Origin: Occultella glacieicola
GTDB taxonomy: Bacteria > Actinomycetota > Actinomycetes > Actinomycetales > Beutenbergiaceae
Direction: 5' to 3'
Assembly (NCBI RefSeq): GCF_004353825.1
Contig: NZ_SMNA01000003.1
Location: 124,001 to 188,000 of the forward strand
DNA: 64,000 nucleotides
Below the pieces are notes generated by a model. That model made no database searches and was not told the DNA's origin. It saw only the letters and a list, made by a program, of their open reading frames with translations. The position numbers were made by a program, and so were the translations under genes. Every line of letters begins with the position of its first letter. Position 1 is the stretch's first letter. This document shows positions 47,926-60,312 of the stretch, in pieces.

Positions 47926-49268
47926 GCGTGTCCTCTCCGGAGCAGCGCTCCTCGTGGTGTGTGGAAATCCACCTCGACGCCGCGCAGCAGGGTGGTTCGA
48001 ACCACTCCCGCCAGGGTCCGCCCGGCGTAGGCGGTGATGGGGTTCTTGTGGTGCAGGGCGGCCGGGTCGACGACGAACGTCTCCTCCGGCGCGAACACGG
48101 CCAGGTCGGCGTCGGCCCCGACGGCGATCGTGCCCTTGCGCGTCAGACCCGCGACCCGGGCGGGCCCGGCGGACATCCAGCCGACCACGGCGGCCAGGTC
48201 GACGCCGCGCTCGCGCGCTGCCGTCCACATGATCGGCAGCCCGAGCTGCAGGGAGGCGACGCCGCCCCACGCCTGACCGAAGTCGCCGGTGTCCAGCGCC
48301 TTGAGATCGACCGTGGAAGGCGAGTGGTCGGAGACCACCGCGTCGATGGTGCCGTCGGTGAGCGCCGCCCAGAGCCGGTCGGCGTTCGCACCCTCACGGA
48401 TCGGCGGGCAGCACTTGAACGTGGTGGCGCCGGCCGGGACGTCCTCGGCGGTGAGGGTGAGGTAGTGCGGGCAGGTCTCGACGGTGATCCGGACGCCGTC
48501 GCGGCGGGCGCTGACGATCATCGGCAGCGCGTCCGAGGAACTCAGGTGCAGGATGTGCACGCGGGCGCCGGTCCAGCGGGCCCGTTCGATGACGACGGCG
48601 ATCGCCAGGTTCTCGGCGCCGCGCGGCCGGGAGGCGAGGAAGCCGGCGTAGCCGGTGCCGTGCGCGGGCGGGGCGTGGCCGATCGCGCCGGCATCCTCGG
48701 CGTGCACGATCATCTGGGCGTCGAAGCGGGCGAGCTCACGCAGGTCGGTCTCGAGCTCGTCGGCGTGCAGCGGGGCGAACTCGTCCACGCCGGAGGGCAG
48801 CAGGAAGCACTTGAAACCGAACACGCCGGCCTCGTGCAGGGGCGCCAGGTGCGGGGTGCTGCCCGGCACGGCGCCGCCCCAGAAGCCGACGTCCACGAAC
48901 CGTTTGCCCTCGCTCGCGGCGATCTTCGCCGCCAGGGCGGGCACGTCGACCGTCGGCGGGATCGAGTTCAGCGGCATGTCGATCACCGTGGTGACCCCGC
49001 CGGCCGCGGCCGCCCGGGTGGCACTGGCGAACCCCTCCCAGTCGGTGCGGCCCGGCTCGTTGATGTGCACGTGGGAGTCGACCAGTCCGGGCAGCAGCAC
49101 CTCGTCGGTGGCCAGGGTGCGCACGCTCGTCCCGGCGAGTCCGGCGCCGAGCGGCGCGATCGCGGCGATCACGCCGTCGCGGATCCCGAGCTCGACGGCG
49201 GAGGTCCCCTCGGGTGTGACCGCTCGCTCGGCGCGGAGCACGAGGTCGTGGGCGGGGTGCTCACTCAC
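47922..49268 (-). CDS. allB: Allantoinase
   Basis: [35 protein letters not shown]. Confidence 0.93.
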   Translation of the reverse strand: MSEHPAHDLVLRAERAVTPEGTSAVELGIRDGVIAAIAPLGAGLAGTSVRTLATDEVLLPGLVDSHVHINEPGRTDWEGFASATRAAAAGGVTTVIDMPLNSIPPTVDVPALAAKIAASEGKRFVDVGFWGGAVPGSTPHLAPLHEAGVFGFKCFLLPSGVDEFAPLHADELETDLRELARFDAQMIVHAEDAGAIGHAPPAHGTGYAGFLASRPRGAENLAIAVVIERARWTGARVHILHLSSSDALPMIVSARRDGVRITVETCPHYLTLTAEDVPAGATTFKCCPPIREGANADRLWAALTDGTIDAVVSDHSPSTVDLKALDTGDFGQAWGGVASLQLGLPIMWTAARERGVDLAAVVGWMSAGPARVAGLTRKGTIAVGADADLAVFAPEETFVVDPAALHHKNPITAYAGRTLAGVVRTTLLRGVEVDFHTPRGALLRRGHA

Positions 49269-50457
49269 CGGTTCGCCGTCCGGTCAGGTGGGTGCGGCCG
49301 AGGATCTCGCTGACGTCCTCGAGCAGTGGTCCGGCCTGGGCCACGCAGGTGGCGACGTCCGGCTCGAGGGAGGTGAGCGGGTAGACGGCGAGGATCCCGT
49401 TCTCGCGTAGGCGTTCCGCGGTCAGGGTGGTGCGGCCGGCGACGGCCACGGTGGGCACCCCGGCGGCGGCCGCGGCCGCGGCGACGCCGACCGGGGTCTT
49501 GCCGAACATGCTCTGCTCGTCGAGGGAACCCTCCCCCGTGATCACGAGGTCGGTACCGGCCACCCGGGCGTCGAAGCCGATCAGGTCCAGGACCACCTCG
49601 ACCCCCGGCCGGCGGGTCGCGCCGAGCAGGGCCAGGGCGGCGAAGCCGAGTCCGCCGGCCGCACCGGCACCGGGGCCGGCGGCCACGTCGGCGGCGCGTC
49701 CGACGCCGGCCTCGGTGAGGGCCTCGACCCAGCGCGTCAGGCCGGCGTCCAGATCCGCGATCGCGGCGTCGTCGGCGCCCTTCTGCCCCCCGTAGACGGC
49801 GGCCGCGCCGTCCGGGCCGAGCAGCGGGTTGTCCACGTCCGAGGCGAGCACGACCTCGGTCGTCGTGAGCCGGGGGTCGAGCCCGGACACGTCGACGGCG
49901 ACCAGCCGGCGCAACGCGTCCCCGCCCGGGCCGAGGTCGCCGTCGGGCCCGGTCAGCCTGAGCCCGAGCGCCTGGGCGAGCCCGGCGCCTCCGTCCGTTG
50001 AGGCGCTGCCGCCGACCCCCAGCACGATCCGGCGTGCCCCGTGGTCGAGGGCGTGCGACACGAGCTCGCCGGTGCCGAAGGTGCCGGACCGGCGCGCCGC
50101 GTCGTCGTCGGCGGCGGTGAACGCGAGCCCGGACGCGGCAGCCATCTCGATGACGGCCACCCCGTCCCTGGCCGCGTAGGTGGCCCGGACCGGCCCGCCC
50201 AGCGGGCCCGTCACCTCCACCTCGACCGGTGCGAAGCCGGCGGCGACGGCCGCTGCCACGGTGCCCTCACCGCCGTCGGCCACCGGCAGTTCGTCGATCT
50301 CCAACGCTCCCACCGCGCCCTCGGTGACCAGGCGGAGCAGGCCGGCCGCGACGTGCGCGGCGACCTCGGCCGCCTCGAGGGACCCCTTGAACTTGTCCGG
50401 TGCGATGAGGACCCTGGTCGGGGCTCCGGGATCTGTGGGCGCAGTGGCGTGTGTCAT
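49261..50457 (-). CDS. glxK: Glycerate kinase
   Basis: [38 protein letters not shown]. Confidence 0.93.
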   Translation of the reverse strand: MTHATAPTDPGAPTRVLIAPDKFKGSLEAAEVAAHVAAGLLRLVTEGAVGALEIDELPVADGGEGTVAAAVAAGFAPVEVEVTGPLGGPVRATYAARDGVAVIEMAAASGLAFTAADDDAARRSGTFGTGELVSHALDHGARRIVLGVGGSASTDGGAGLAQALGLRLTGPDGDLGPGGDALRRLVAVDVSGLDPRLTTTEVVLASDVDNPLLGPDGAAAVYGGQKGADDAAIADLDAGLTRWVEALTEAGVGRAADVAAGPGAGAAGGLGFAALALLGATRRPGVEVVLDLIGFDARVAGTDLVITGEGSLDEQSMFGKTPVGVAAAAAAAGVPTVAVAGRTTLTAERLRENGILAVYPLTSLEPDVATCVAQAGPLLEDVSEILGRTHLTGRRTGE

Positions 50458-50461
50458 GCCC

Positions 50462-52237
<1,776 letters not shown>

Positions 52238-52301
52238 GGTTCGCTCCTTCGAGTCTTGGGTGGTGCTGGGTGAGGTCGGGGCGGGCGTCGGTGCCCGGGT
52301 A

Positions 52302-53180
52302 TCAGTCGGTCCCGGAGAGGCGGGTCACGCCGCGGAACAGGCCGGAGTGGTCGAGGGAGCCGTCGCCGTTGGCGCGGGCCGAGGCCATCAGCTGGCCGAC
52401 CAGGGAGCCGAGCGGGATCACCACGCCGGCCTCGCGGGCCGCGGAGGTGACGATGCCGAGGTCCTTGTGGTGCAGGTCGATGCGGAAGCCGGGGGCGAAC
52501 TCGCGGCCCAGCATCTTGGCGGCCTTCTGGTTCAGCACGGCGGACCCGGCGAGCCCGCCGCCGAGTACCTCGACGGCCGCCTCGGTGTCCACGCCGTAGG
52601 CCTCGAGGAACACGATCGCCTCGGCCAGGGCCTGGATGTTCGCGGCGACGATCAACTGGTTCGCGGCCTTCACCGTCTGCCCCGATCCGTTCGGGCCGAC
52701 GAGGACGACCGTCCTGCCGACGGCCGAGAAGACGTCCGCGGCGGCGTCGAAGTCCTCGCGCGTGCCGCCGACCATGATCGACAGGGCTGCGTTCACCGCG
52801 CCGGCCTCGCCACCCGAGACCGGGGCGTCCAGGATCCGGAAGCCCTTCTCCTTCGCCTGGTCCGCCAGGGCGACGGTCACGTCGGGCCGGATCGAGGAGA
52901 AGTCGATGATCAGGGTGCCGGGCCGGGCACGGGCGAACACGCCGTCGTCCGCGGTGAGCACCTGTGCGACGTCCGGGGAGTCCGGGACCATGATCGCGAC
53001 CACGTCAGCGTCCGCGACCGCCTCGGCGATGCTCGCTGCGGCGGTGCCGCCGGCCTCGACGAGCGGCTGCGCCTTCTCCGGCGAGCGGTTGTATCCGACC
53101 ACGGTGTGCCCGGCGCCCGCCAGGTGGACGGCCATCGGCGAGCCCATGATGCCGAGTCCGATGAATGCGATGGTGCTCAT
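52302..53180 (-). CDS. glxR: 2-hydroxy-3-oxopropionate (tartronate semialdehyde) reductase
   Basis: [31 protein letters not shown]; operon context. Confidence 0.92.
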   Translation of the reverse strand: MSTIAFIGLGIMGSPMAVHLAGAGHTVVGYNRSPEKAQPLVEAGGTAAASIAEAVADADVVAIMVPDSPDVAQVLTADDGVFARARPGTLIIDFSSIRPDVTVALADQAKEKGFRILDAPVSGGEAGAVNAALSIMVGGTREDFDAAADVFSAVGRTVVLVGPNGSGQTVKAANQLIVAANIQALAEAIVFLEAYGVDTEAAVEVLGGGLAGSAVLNQKAAKMLGREFAPGFRIDLHHKDLGIVTSAAREAGVVIPLGSLVGQLMASARANGDGSLDHSGLFRGVTRLSGTD

Positions 53181-53211
53181 GACTTCGATGCCTCTCGTTG
53201 GTCGACGGGGT

Positions 53212-54036
53212 TCAGTTCGCGACGCGGGTGGCCGGCGCGAGCCACGCGAACGGGTCGGCCGCGCCCGTCTTGTACTCGAGGCCGAACCAACCGGCATAGC
53301 CCCCGGCGAGCAGGTCCGCGGTCCAGTCCGAGATCGGCAGGTCACCGGTGCCCGGCTGGTCCCGGCCGGGCGCGTCGGCGATCTGCACGTGGGCGATCCG
53401 CCTCCGATGGGCTGCGATCGCGGCGGGTACGTCGTCGCCGTTGACGGCGAGGTGGTAGACGTCGAGCAACAGGCCGAGGTTCGTCGCGCCGTGCTCGCCG
53501 GCCACCCGCTCGACGACGCCGATCGCGTCCGCCGCGGCGAGCAGCGGGTACCTGGGGGCGCCGCTGACGGGCTCGACGAGCACGGTGCCGCCGATGCGCC
53601 CGACGGCGGTGGCGGCGGCGGCGAGGTTGGCGGCCGCGAGGTCGTCCTGTTCGGCCGGGGAGACGCCTTCGATCCGGTTCCCGTAGAGGGCGTTGAAGGC
53701 CCGGCACCCGGTCGCCTCCCCGATCCGGGTGACCACGTCCAGGTTCGCAGTGAAGTCGTCGGCGCGCTCCGGCCAGGACACCAGGCCGCGGTCACCGCCC
53801 GGCATGTCCCCGGCGTTGAAGTTCAGCCCCGTCAACTGCACGCCGGCAGCGTCGAGCGCCCCGACGAACGCGTCGATCTCGTCCGCGCCCGGCGTCGACG
53901 TGGCGAACGGCCACCAGTACTCGACGGCGTCGAAGCCGGCAGCACCGGCGGCGGCCGGGCGCTCGAGCAGCGGGAGATCGGTGAGCAGGATCGAACAGTT
54001 CACGGTGTAGCGGGGCGCGGTGCCTGCGGCGGTCAT
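53212..54036 (-). CDS. hyi: Hydroxypyruvate isomerase
   Basis: GFDAVE.WWP, GDRG, DVYH, HVQIADAPGR, GLEY; GAGGAGG RBS. Confidence 0.9.
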   Translation of the reverse strand: MTAAGTAPRYTVNCSILLTDLPLLERPAAAGAAGFDAVEYWWPFATSTPGADEIDAFVGALDAAGVQLTGLNFNAGDMPGGDRGLVSWPERADDFTANLDVVTRIGEATGCRAFNALYGNRIEGVSPAEQDDLAAANLAAAATAVGRIGGTVLVEPVSGAPRYPLLAAADAIGVVERVAGEHGATNLGLLLDVYHLAVNGDDVPAAIAAHRRRIAHVQIADAPGRDQPGTGDLPISDWTADLLAGGYAGWFGLEYKTGAADPFAWLAPATRVAN

Positions 54037-54063
54037 CCGGAGTCCCTCCTCGAGATCGGCACA

Positions 54064-54099
54064 TTCCGTATGTCGGAAGTATTATTCCTAGTGATGAAA
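54064..54099. promoter_or_regulatory. Candidate IclR (AllR-type) operator pair
   Basis: TTCCG-N5-CGGAA (54064-54078) and TTCCTAGTGATGAAA 21 bp away in an AT-rich promoter. Confidence 0.6.
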
Positions 54100-54206
54100 G
54101 AATAGGAGAGATGGCCAGGTCCGTCAAGGGACCGATCCCGCCCGCTACCCCGCGGGTGTGCCCGAGCCCGCTGGGGAAGACCCGCGTGGTGCGCGCGGAA
54201 CCGGGG

Positions 54207-55099
54207 TCACGGAGCAACGGGCGGCTCCGGCCGACCCGCAGGCTCGCGGAGCGGGCCGTAGGCCGCCCGGTACGAAGGCGGCCCGACGAGCGGTGCGACC
54301 ACGCTCCGGAGCCAGGCCGGCAGCCGCGCTGTGCGGGAGAACCGGTCGGTCGCCGCCTGGACATGCTCGACCCTGGCGCGACGCCGGCGAGCGAACTCCA
54401 GACCGGCGCGGTCCCAGGCGTCGCGATCCTGGAGCACCTCCGCCAGCGCGAGCCCATCCTCGACCGCGAGCGCAGCCCCCTGCGCCCAGACAGGTGCGCT
54501 CGCGTGCGCCGCGTCGCCGACGAGGACGACCCTTCCGGTCGTCCACACGGCGGGGTTGATCTCCTCGAGCGGCGAGTGCAGCGGCGGGTCCTGCGACTCC
54601 TCCGCGGCGGCCAGGGCTGTGCGCACGACCTCGGGGAAGCCGCGGAAGAGGGCTCGTGTCCGGGCGAAGTCGGTCGTCTCGTCGCGGCCGGACACCCACC
54701 CGTAGACCCGGCCCGGCACCATCGGGATCAGGAGCACCGTGCCCGCAGGCCCGGTCCAGGCGACCCAGCAGTCGACCCCCGGGTCGGTGGCGACGAAACG
54801 CCAGCTGCTCGGCGCCAGGATCGACGGCCGCGCCCGGCGCCGGGGTGCGACGTGGCCGCGGACCACCGAGTGCACACCGTCGGCGCCCACCAGCACCCCA
54901 CCTGCGTGCACGGTGCCGTCGGGGAGTTGGACCTCGGTGCCGCCGTCCACCTCGCGGACCGTCCGAACGGCGACTCCGAGCGTGACGGTCCCGGGCGACA
55001 CGAGGCCGAGCAGCGCGGTGTGGCGGCCGCCGTCGCGAGACCCGCGATCCCACCACCGACGTTGAGGACGCGATCGCGGTCCGAGGTCCTGGGTGTCAT
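54207..55099 (-). pseudogene. FAD-dependent monooxygenase remnant
   Basis: VGGGIAGLATA (GxGxxG) is in a different frame from VGADGVHS.VR and LVGDAAH..P..AQG..A.ED; junction near 55022 with intervening sequence apparently missing. Confidence 0.8.
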
Positions 55100-55138
55100 C
55101 GGTTCTCCTCCGGGTGGGGAGCGGGTGGTGCTCGAACG

Positions 55139-55951
55139 TCACGGACCGGTGCACCGCTCGATCTCGCGTAGGAACGTCTCCAGCTCGGTGGTGAAACGGC
55201 CGGGGGCTTCGATGCAGCTGACGTGGCCGACGCCGGGCAGGACCACCAGGCGCGATCCGGGAATCGCGTCGCTGAGGGCGTCCGCGACGAACCTCGGTGC
55301 CCGGACGTCGGCCTCGCCGTGCAGCACGAGGGTGGGCACGTCGATCCGGGGCAGGACGTCGCGAAGGTCCGCCTCCGCCGAGGACAGCGCCATCGCGCGG
55401 AAGCCGCCCGGACGGAACGCCGCGGCAATGTTGTCGCGGGTCTCGGCGACCCGGTCCGCCGGGGCCGAGTCCGAGAACATGCTCGGCGCCAACGTCGAGG
55501 CGAACTCCGGGGCCGGCAGCACCGACGCCGCGAGGCAGGTCTGCAACCGCTGCGCGACCGTCTCCGCCGGCAACGACCCCGCCCAGCCGGCGTAGGCGCC
55601 GGCGAGGAAGAGCGCCCGCACCTGGGTCCCGTGCTGCCGCCAGTACTCGATCGCGAGGGCACCGCCGAACGACAGCCCGACCAGGACGGGCCGCCGGAGT
55701 CCCAGCGTGGAGATCAGGCCGGCGAGGCAGGTCGCATACTCGGGCAGCCGGAAGGATTCCGGCACGTCGGATGACCCGCCGGACCCGGGCGGGTCCCAGG
55801 AAACGACCGAGTAGGTACCCGACAGGGCGTCGATCTGGTGGTGCCAGGTCCCCGCCCCGTCGCCGACGAACCCACCCAGGAGGACGATCGGCCGACCGCG
55901 GCCTGCCCTCGTGAAGGCGATCCGGATCCCATCGACGTCGACGGCGTCCAC
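55139..55951 (-). CDS. Alpha/beta hydrolase
   Basis: DPPGSGGS, GLSFGG, LHGEAD, GVGH. Confidence 0.85.
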   Translation of the reverse strand: MDAVDVDGIRIAFTRAGRGRPIVLLGGFVGDGAGTWHHQIDALSGTYSVVSWDPPGSGGSSDVPESFRLPEYATCLAGLISTLGLRRPVLVGLSFGGALAIEYWRQHGTQVRALFLAGAYAGWAGSLPAETVAQRLQTCLAASVLPAPEFASTLAPSMFSDSAPADRVAETRDNIAAAFRPGGFRAMALSSAEADLRDVLPRIDVPTLVLHGEADVRAPRFVADALSDAIPGSRLVVLPGVGHVSCIEAPGRFTTELETFLREIERCTGP

Positions 55952-56025
55952 ATCTCGATGATCCCACGTGTCGTGCCGGGTGGGAGTGGCATCGAGGTGG
56001 CGGCCGGGACGCGCTCGCCGCGGCG

Positions 56026-56838
56026 TCACGGCACGTTTCCGCCGTGAGGTCCGGCGCTCGTCGTGACCGCGGCGCGAGCCCAGTCGTCGATGCGGTCCGC
56101 GACGTCCGGCCACCCGCCGTCGAGCATCAGGTCGTGGCCCGAACCCTCGACGACCACGGCTCGGGTGCCGTACGCACGCGCGGTCCGCTGCATCTCGGCC
56201 AGGGTGAAGAACCGGTCCTGCTCGGCCGCCACCACCAGCACCGGTACCCGGACCCGGTCCGGTCGGGGCCACACCAGGATCGTCTGCAGGAAGGCCAGGT
56301 AGGACTCGTCCCGAAGCCGGATGAAGGTGTCATCGACGAGTTCCTGGTCGGTCCGGGGCGTGAAGAACAGGTCGCGCACCATGGGGCGCGTGCGAACGAA
56401 CGGCCGCATCCGCAACGTCGCAGTGGCGCGGAGCAGCTCGACCGGGTAGCGACGGGCGAGGCGCGCGACTGCCGGCAGCGTGCCTCGGACGGGGGTCGGC
56501 GCCAACAGCACCAGGCCCGCGGCTCGGTCGTGTTCCAGGAACTTCTGCGCCACCAGGCCACCCAACGAGTGCCCGACGACGACCAGCGGCGGCCGGCAAC
56601 CGGCCGCCGCCTCGCGGACGTCCTCGACGTAGTCGTGGACGCCGTGCCGGATCCGCCCCGGCCGCCCGTCGTGGCCGCGGAGTTGGACCGTGCGGACGTC
56701 GTTCCCGAGGTCGCCGAGCCGCTGGGCCACCTCCTCCCAGCACCACGGACCGTGCCACGCGCCGTGCACCAGCAGGATCGTGGCTCCGGGTGCGGCCTCC
56801 CTGGCCGCCGTGGATCTCGTGGCGGGATCGGCAGTCAT
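56026..56838 (-). CDS. Alpha/beta hydrolase
   Basis: VHGAWHG.WCW, GHSLGG, GSGHDLML; ATGA overlap with the methyltransferase. Confidence 0.88.
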   Translation of the reverse strand: MTADPATRSTAAREAAPGATILLVHGAWHGPWCWEEVAQRLGDLGNDVRTVQLRGHDGRPGRIRHGVHDYVEDVREAAAGCRPPLVVVGHSLGGLVAQKFLEHDRAAGLVLLAPTPVRGTLPAVARLARRYPVELLRATATLRMRPFVRTRPMVRDLFFTPRTDQELVDDTFIRLRDESYLAFLQTILVWPRPDRVRVPVLVVAAEQDRFFTLAEMQRTARAYGTRAVVVEGSGHDLMLDGGWPDVADRIDDWARAAVTTSAGPHGGNVP

Positions 56839-57899
56839 GGCCGCGCCTCGTACACGATGTTGAACGGTGTCTGGGTGACCCGCCCGAACCGGCCGAAGCC
56901 GGCCTGTTCGATGACCCGGGCGATCGGCTGCTCCCCCGCCTGGTTGCCGAGGGCATCCGGCGCGCCCTCGGCGATCGCATGCGGCACGCACAGGAACGTC
57001 GACAGCGAGTAGTAGAGCCGCCCGACCGGCGTCAGGTTGTCCGCCACGACGTCGCCGGCGTACGGCTCGACGATCAGCCACACGCCGTCGGCGGCCAGCG
57101 TGCTGCGGATGTGCCGGGCGGCGCCGACCGGGTCGCCCATGTCGTGCAGGCAGTCGAACGTCGTCACCAGCCCGAGTCCGCTGCCCGTGAAGTCCGCGGC
57201 AGCGGCGACGGCGAACTCGACCTTCTCGCCGAGCCCGGCCTCCGCCGTCAGCTTCCTGGCCAGCTCGATGGAGCCCGAGTCGTTGTCGTACCCGATCACG
57301 GTGGACGCCGGGTAGCTCTCGGCGAGGATCCGCGTCGAGGACCCGAGCCCGCAGCCGACGTCGGCGACCGCGGTGCCGTTGTGCAGCCGTTCGACGAGGC
57401 CGTCGACGGCGGGCAGCCAACTGCTGACCAGGTTCGCGACGTAGCCCGGCCGGAAGAAGCGCTCGCAGCCCACTGCGACGTCGTCCCCGTGCTCGCCCCA
57501 GGCGAACCCGCGCCCGCTGTGGAAGCGGTCGATGATCGCCTCCCGGTCGTCGAAGGCCGAGAGGGCCATCTGGAACGCGCCCGGGAGCACGAGCCCGTTC
57601 GGGTCGGCGAACGCGAGAGCCTGGGCCGGGGTCATCCAGTACTGGTCGGCATCCGGCAGATAGCTGACCAGCTTCCCGGCGGCCTGGCCGCGCAGCCACT
57701 CGCGCACGTATCGCTCGACGGTCCCGGTGTAGTCGGCGAGCTCGCGGGAGGTGAGTGGGCCGGCCTCGGCCAGCGCGCGATACAGGCCGAGGCGGTCGCC
57801 GATCACGATGTTGCCGGCGGCGCCCGTGGCTCCCAGGTCGGCGACGAAGCGGCCGAGCAGGTCGTTCAGCTCGGTCTCGTCGATGGTGGTGTTCGTCAT
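56835..57899 (-). CDS. SAM-dependent methyltransferase with N-terminal winged helix (Rv2258c-like)
   Basis: GDRLGLY.AL, ERYVREWL, ADVGCGLG, FDCLHDMGDP, TPFN. Confidence 0.9.
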   Translation of the reverse strand: MTNTTIDETELNDLLGRFVADLGATGAAGNIVIGDRLGLYRALAEAGPLTSRELADYTGTVERYVREWLRGQAAGKLVSYLPDADQYWMTPAQALAFADPNGLVLPGAFQMALSAFDDREAIIDRFHSGRGFAWGEHGDDVAVGCERFFRPGYVANLVSSWLPAVDGLVERLHNGTAVADVGCGLGSSTRILAESYPASTVIGYDNDSGSIELARKLTAEAGLGEKVEFAVAAAADFTGSGLGLVTTFDCLHDMGDPVGAARHIRSTLAADGVWLIVEPYAGDVVADNLTPVGRLYYSLSTFLCVPHAIAEGAPDALGNQAGEQPIARVIEQAGFGRFGRVTQTPFNIVYEARP

Positions 57900-57948
57900 T
57901 GGTCCCTCTCCTGACTCGGCCGAGCCCCGTGCTCGGGCCGTGGCTGTC

Positions 57949-58005
57949 AGCGTGATCCGGGGACCCTGGTCGGATGTTGGTCGAGGGTTGGCGGGACCTT
58001 GGCGG
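57949..58005 (-). promoter_or_regulatory. Candidate SARP-activated promoter
   Basis: CTGGTCG, TTGGTCG, TTGGCGG, TTGGCGG at 57966, 57977, 57988, 57999 (11-bp period); CACGCT -10 on the minus strand. Confidence 0.7.
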
Positions 58006-58037
58006 TCGACGACCGCGCGGCATGCGGACGCCGAAGC

Positions 58038-58796
58038 TCAGTGCAACAACTGCTGGTAGTAGCGCTGGACCGCTGGGCCGGGCTCCGTGCCGAGTTCCTC
58101 GGCGAGGATCAGGCGGAGCCGGCCGTAGCAGGCCAGCGCCTCGGCCTCGTTGCCACCGGCAGCGAGTGCGCGCATCAGCAGCAGGTGGCCGGTCTCGCGC
58201 AGTGGTGCCAGCTCGACGAGCTCACGGGCCGATCGCTGCGCGGCCGGCAGCTCGGAGTGGTCGATCCCCAGACAGGTCTGCGCGTAGCACTCCAGGGCGC
58301 GCAGGCGGACGTCGGCGAGCCGGCGGCGCCATCCCTCCAGCCACTCGGCGTCCGCCCCGGGCATGAGGGTTCGTCGGGAGACGAACAGCGCGGCGAGGCT
58401 CGCGTACCACGCGCGGTCCCACCGCCGGGCGGCGACCGCCGACTCGGCCCGGTGCAGTGCTGCGACCGCCCGGTCGACATCGACGTGGGCAGGCTCGGGC
58501 AGCACGATGGCCAGTTCCGCGCGTCCGCGGATCAGGTCGGCGCCGAGGGCGGTACGCAACCTGGAGATCAGCACCGTCAAGGCGTTGGCGGCCGCCGCCG
58601 GAGGGGCGTCACCCCAGAGTGCGTCGACGAGCACATCGCGGGGCATCGGCTGCGGCCGGTTCAGGACGAGGAACGCGAACAGCAGGCGGGCCTGCCTGCT
58701 CGCGAAGTCGTCGGCGTGGCTACGGCCCGCCAGCTCGACGGCGAAGGTTCCGCACAGTTGCACCCGGACGCCTGCGCCGTCGTGCACGATGTCCAC
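58038..58796 (-). CDS. Small SARP regulator (wHTH plus BTAD only)
   Basis: VQLCG.F.V, LVDALWG, ISRLR.ALG, PLRE, LAEELGTEPG. Confidence 0.88.
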   Translation of the reverse strand: MDIVHDGAGVRVQLCGTFAVELAGRSHADDFASRQARLLFAFLVLNRPQPMPRDVLVDALWGDAPPAAAANALTVLISRLRTALGADLIRGRAELAIVLPEPAHVDVDRAVAALHRAESAVAARRWDRAWYASLAALFVSRRTLMPGADAEWLEGWRRRLADVRLRALECYAQTCLGIDHSELPAAQRSARELVELAPLRETGHLLLMRALAAGGNEAEALACYGRLRLILAEELGTEPGPAVQRYYQQLLH

Positions 58797-58879
58797 CTCG
58801 ACTCCCGCCTGCCTGGCGTGGAACGATTGTCAGCCCGCACGGCAGCGAAGCACAATCACGACCGGTCACAATGGGCACC

Positions 58880-59044
58880 ATGAACCGTCAGGTACGTTGC
58901 GAGTGCGGGTTCACGGCCCGTGGCACGACCGACGAGGAGGTGATCGGGCTGACGCTCGCCCACGTCGCCGAGGTCCACCCCGACCTCGCCGCCGTCGAGA
59001 CGGCCGACGACGTGCGTGGCTGGATCGAGCTCGTCCCGGAGTGA
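58880..59044 (+). CDS. Small DUF1059-like putative metal-binding protein
   Basis: CECGF.ARG.T.EE......HVAEVH; CACAAT -10 seven nt before ATG. Confidence 0.7.
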   Translation: MNRQVRCECGFTARGTTDEEVIGLTLAHVAEVHPDLAAVETADDVRGWIELVPE

Positions 59045-59133
59045 TCGGCGCCGCGCGGGCCGCGCTGCGATTCCAGCCGTGCGGTCGAGGCGGTGCCACG
59101 ACCACCCTGAAGGGGGCCGAGGGTGGCCGAGGA

Positions 59134-60312
59134 TCAGGCCGACGGAGCCCCGTATCCGCCGACTCCCGGGTCGCGATGGATCGGTCCGGTCAGTTCCGCC
59201 AGCGGGAGACCGGATCCACCGGCGCGTACCGACACCACGTGGGACATGATCGACAGCGCGGTCTCGCGAGGGCTGCGGCCGGCCAGGTCGAGCCCGACGG
59301 GCGAGTGCAACCGGGCCAGGGCGTGCTCGTCGAGCCCGCGTTCGCGCAGGCGCTCGAGCCGGTCGGCGTGCGTGCGGCGCGAGCCCATCGCCCCGACGAA
59401 GCCGAGGTCGGCGCTGAGCGCGACCTCGAGCAGCGGCTCGTCGAACTTCGGGTCGTGGGTGAGCACGAGGACCACGGTGTCTGCGTCGACCCGGCCCGCC
59501 GTCAGTTCCGCGGCCAGGTAGCGGTGCGGCCAGTCGATCACGATCTCGTGGGCGTCCGGGAACCGCGCGGAGGTCGCGAAGACCGACCGCGCGTCGCACA
59601 CCGTCACGTCGAAGCCGAGGAACCTGGCCATCGACACCACGGCGGCGGCGAAGTCCGTGACTCCGGCGACGATCAGTCGCGGCGGGGGCGCGAGGACGTC
59701 GACGAGCACGCGGATGCCCACGCCCTGACGGGAGCCGTCGAGCCCGTAGGTGAGCTCCTCGGCCCGTCCGGTCCTGAGCACCGCGGCGGCATCAGCCGCC
59801 AGTGCGGCGTCCAGCCGCGTGGAACCCGTCGCCCCGGACGCGTGGCCCAGGTCATCGACGCTCAGCAGGCCGCCCCGCCGGGCCACCGCACCCTCCGCGC
59901 ACTCGACGACGGTGGCCAGGGCCGTGGCCCGCCCGTCCGCCGCGGTCCTCGCGAACGCGGTCAGCGCGCTCGCGTCGCCGTCGACGTCGGCAGGGCCGGT
60001 CGCGCGGCCCGGATCCACCCGTTGGACGAGCACCTCGATCGTCCCCCCGCAGGTGAGACCCACGGCGCCCGCCAACTCGTCGTTCACGCCGTACTGCACG
60101 AGGCGAGGGACGGCGTCGTCCAAGACCTCGCCCGCGAGCGCATGGACGTCTCCCTCCACGCAGCCGCCCGAGATCGACCCGACGACGGACCCGTCGCGGC
60201 GGACGATCATGCGCGCCCCACGCTCGCGGGGCGCCGAACTCCACGTTGAGACGACGGTGACGAACGCGAACGGTTCCCGTTCGCGTCCGATCGCCTCGAG
60301 GACGGCGTCCAT
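59134..60312 (-). CDS. xdhC: XdhC/CoxI family molybdoenzyme maturation factor
   Basis: SAPR..GA.M, GSISGGCVE, GLTCGG, LTHDPKFD, GAMGSRRT, SPVGLDL. Confidence 0.92.
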   Translation of the reverse strand: MDAVLEAIGREREPFAFVTVVSTWSSAPRERGARMIVRRDGSVVGSISGGCVEGDVHALAGEVLDDAVPRLVQYGVNDELAGAVGLTCGGTIEVLVQRVDPGRATGPADVDGDASALTAFARTAADGRATALATVVECAEGAVARRGGLLSVDDLGHASGATGSTRLDAALAADAAAVLRTGRAEELTYGLDGSRQGVGIRVLVDVLAPPPRLIVAGVTDFAAAVVSMARFLGFDVTVCDARSVFATSARFPDAHEIVIDWPHRYLAAELTAGRVDADTVVLVLTHDPKFDEPLLEVALSADLGFVGAMGSRRTHADRLERLRERGLDEHALARLHSPVGLDLAGRSPRETALSIMSHVVSVRAGGSGLPLAELTGPIHRDPGVGGYGAPSA

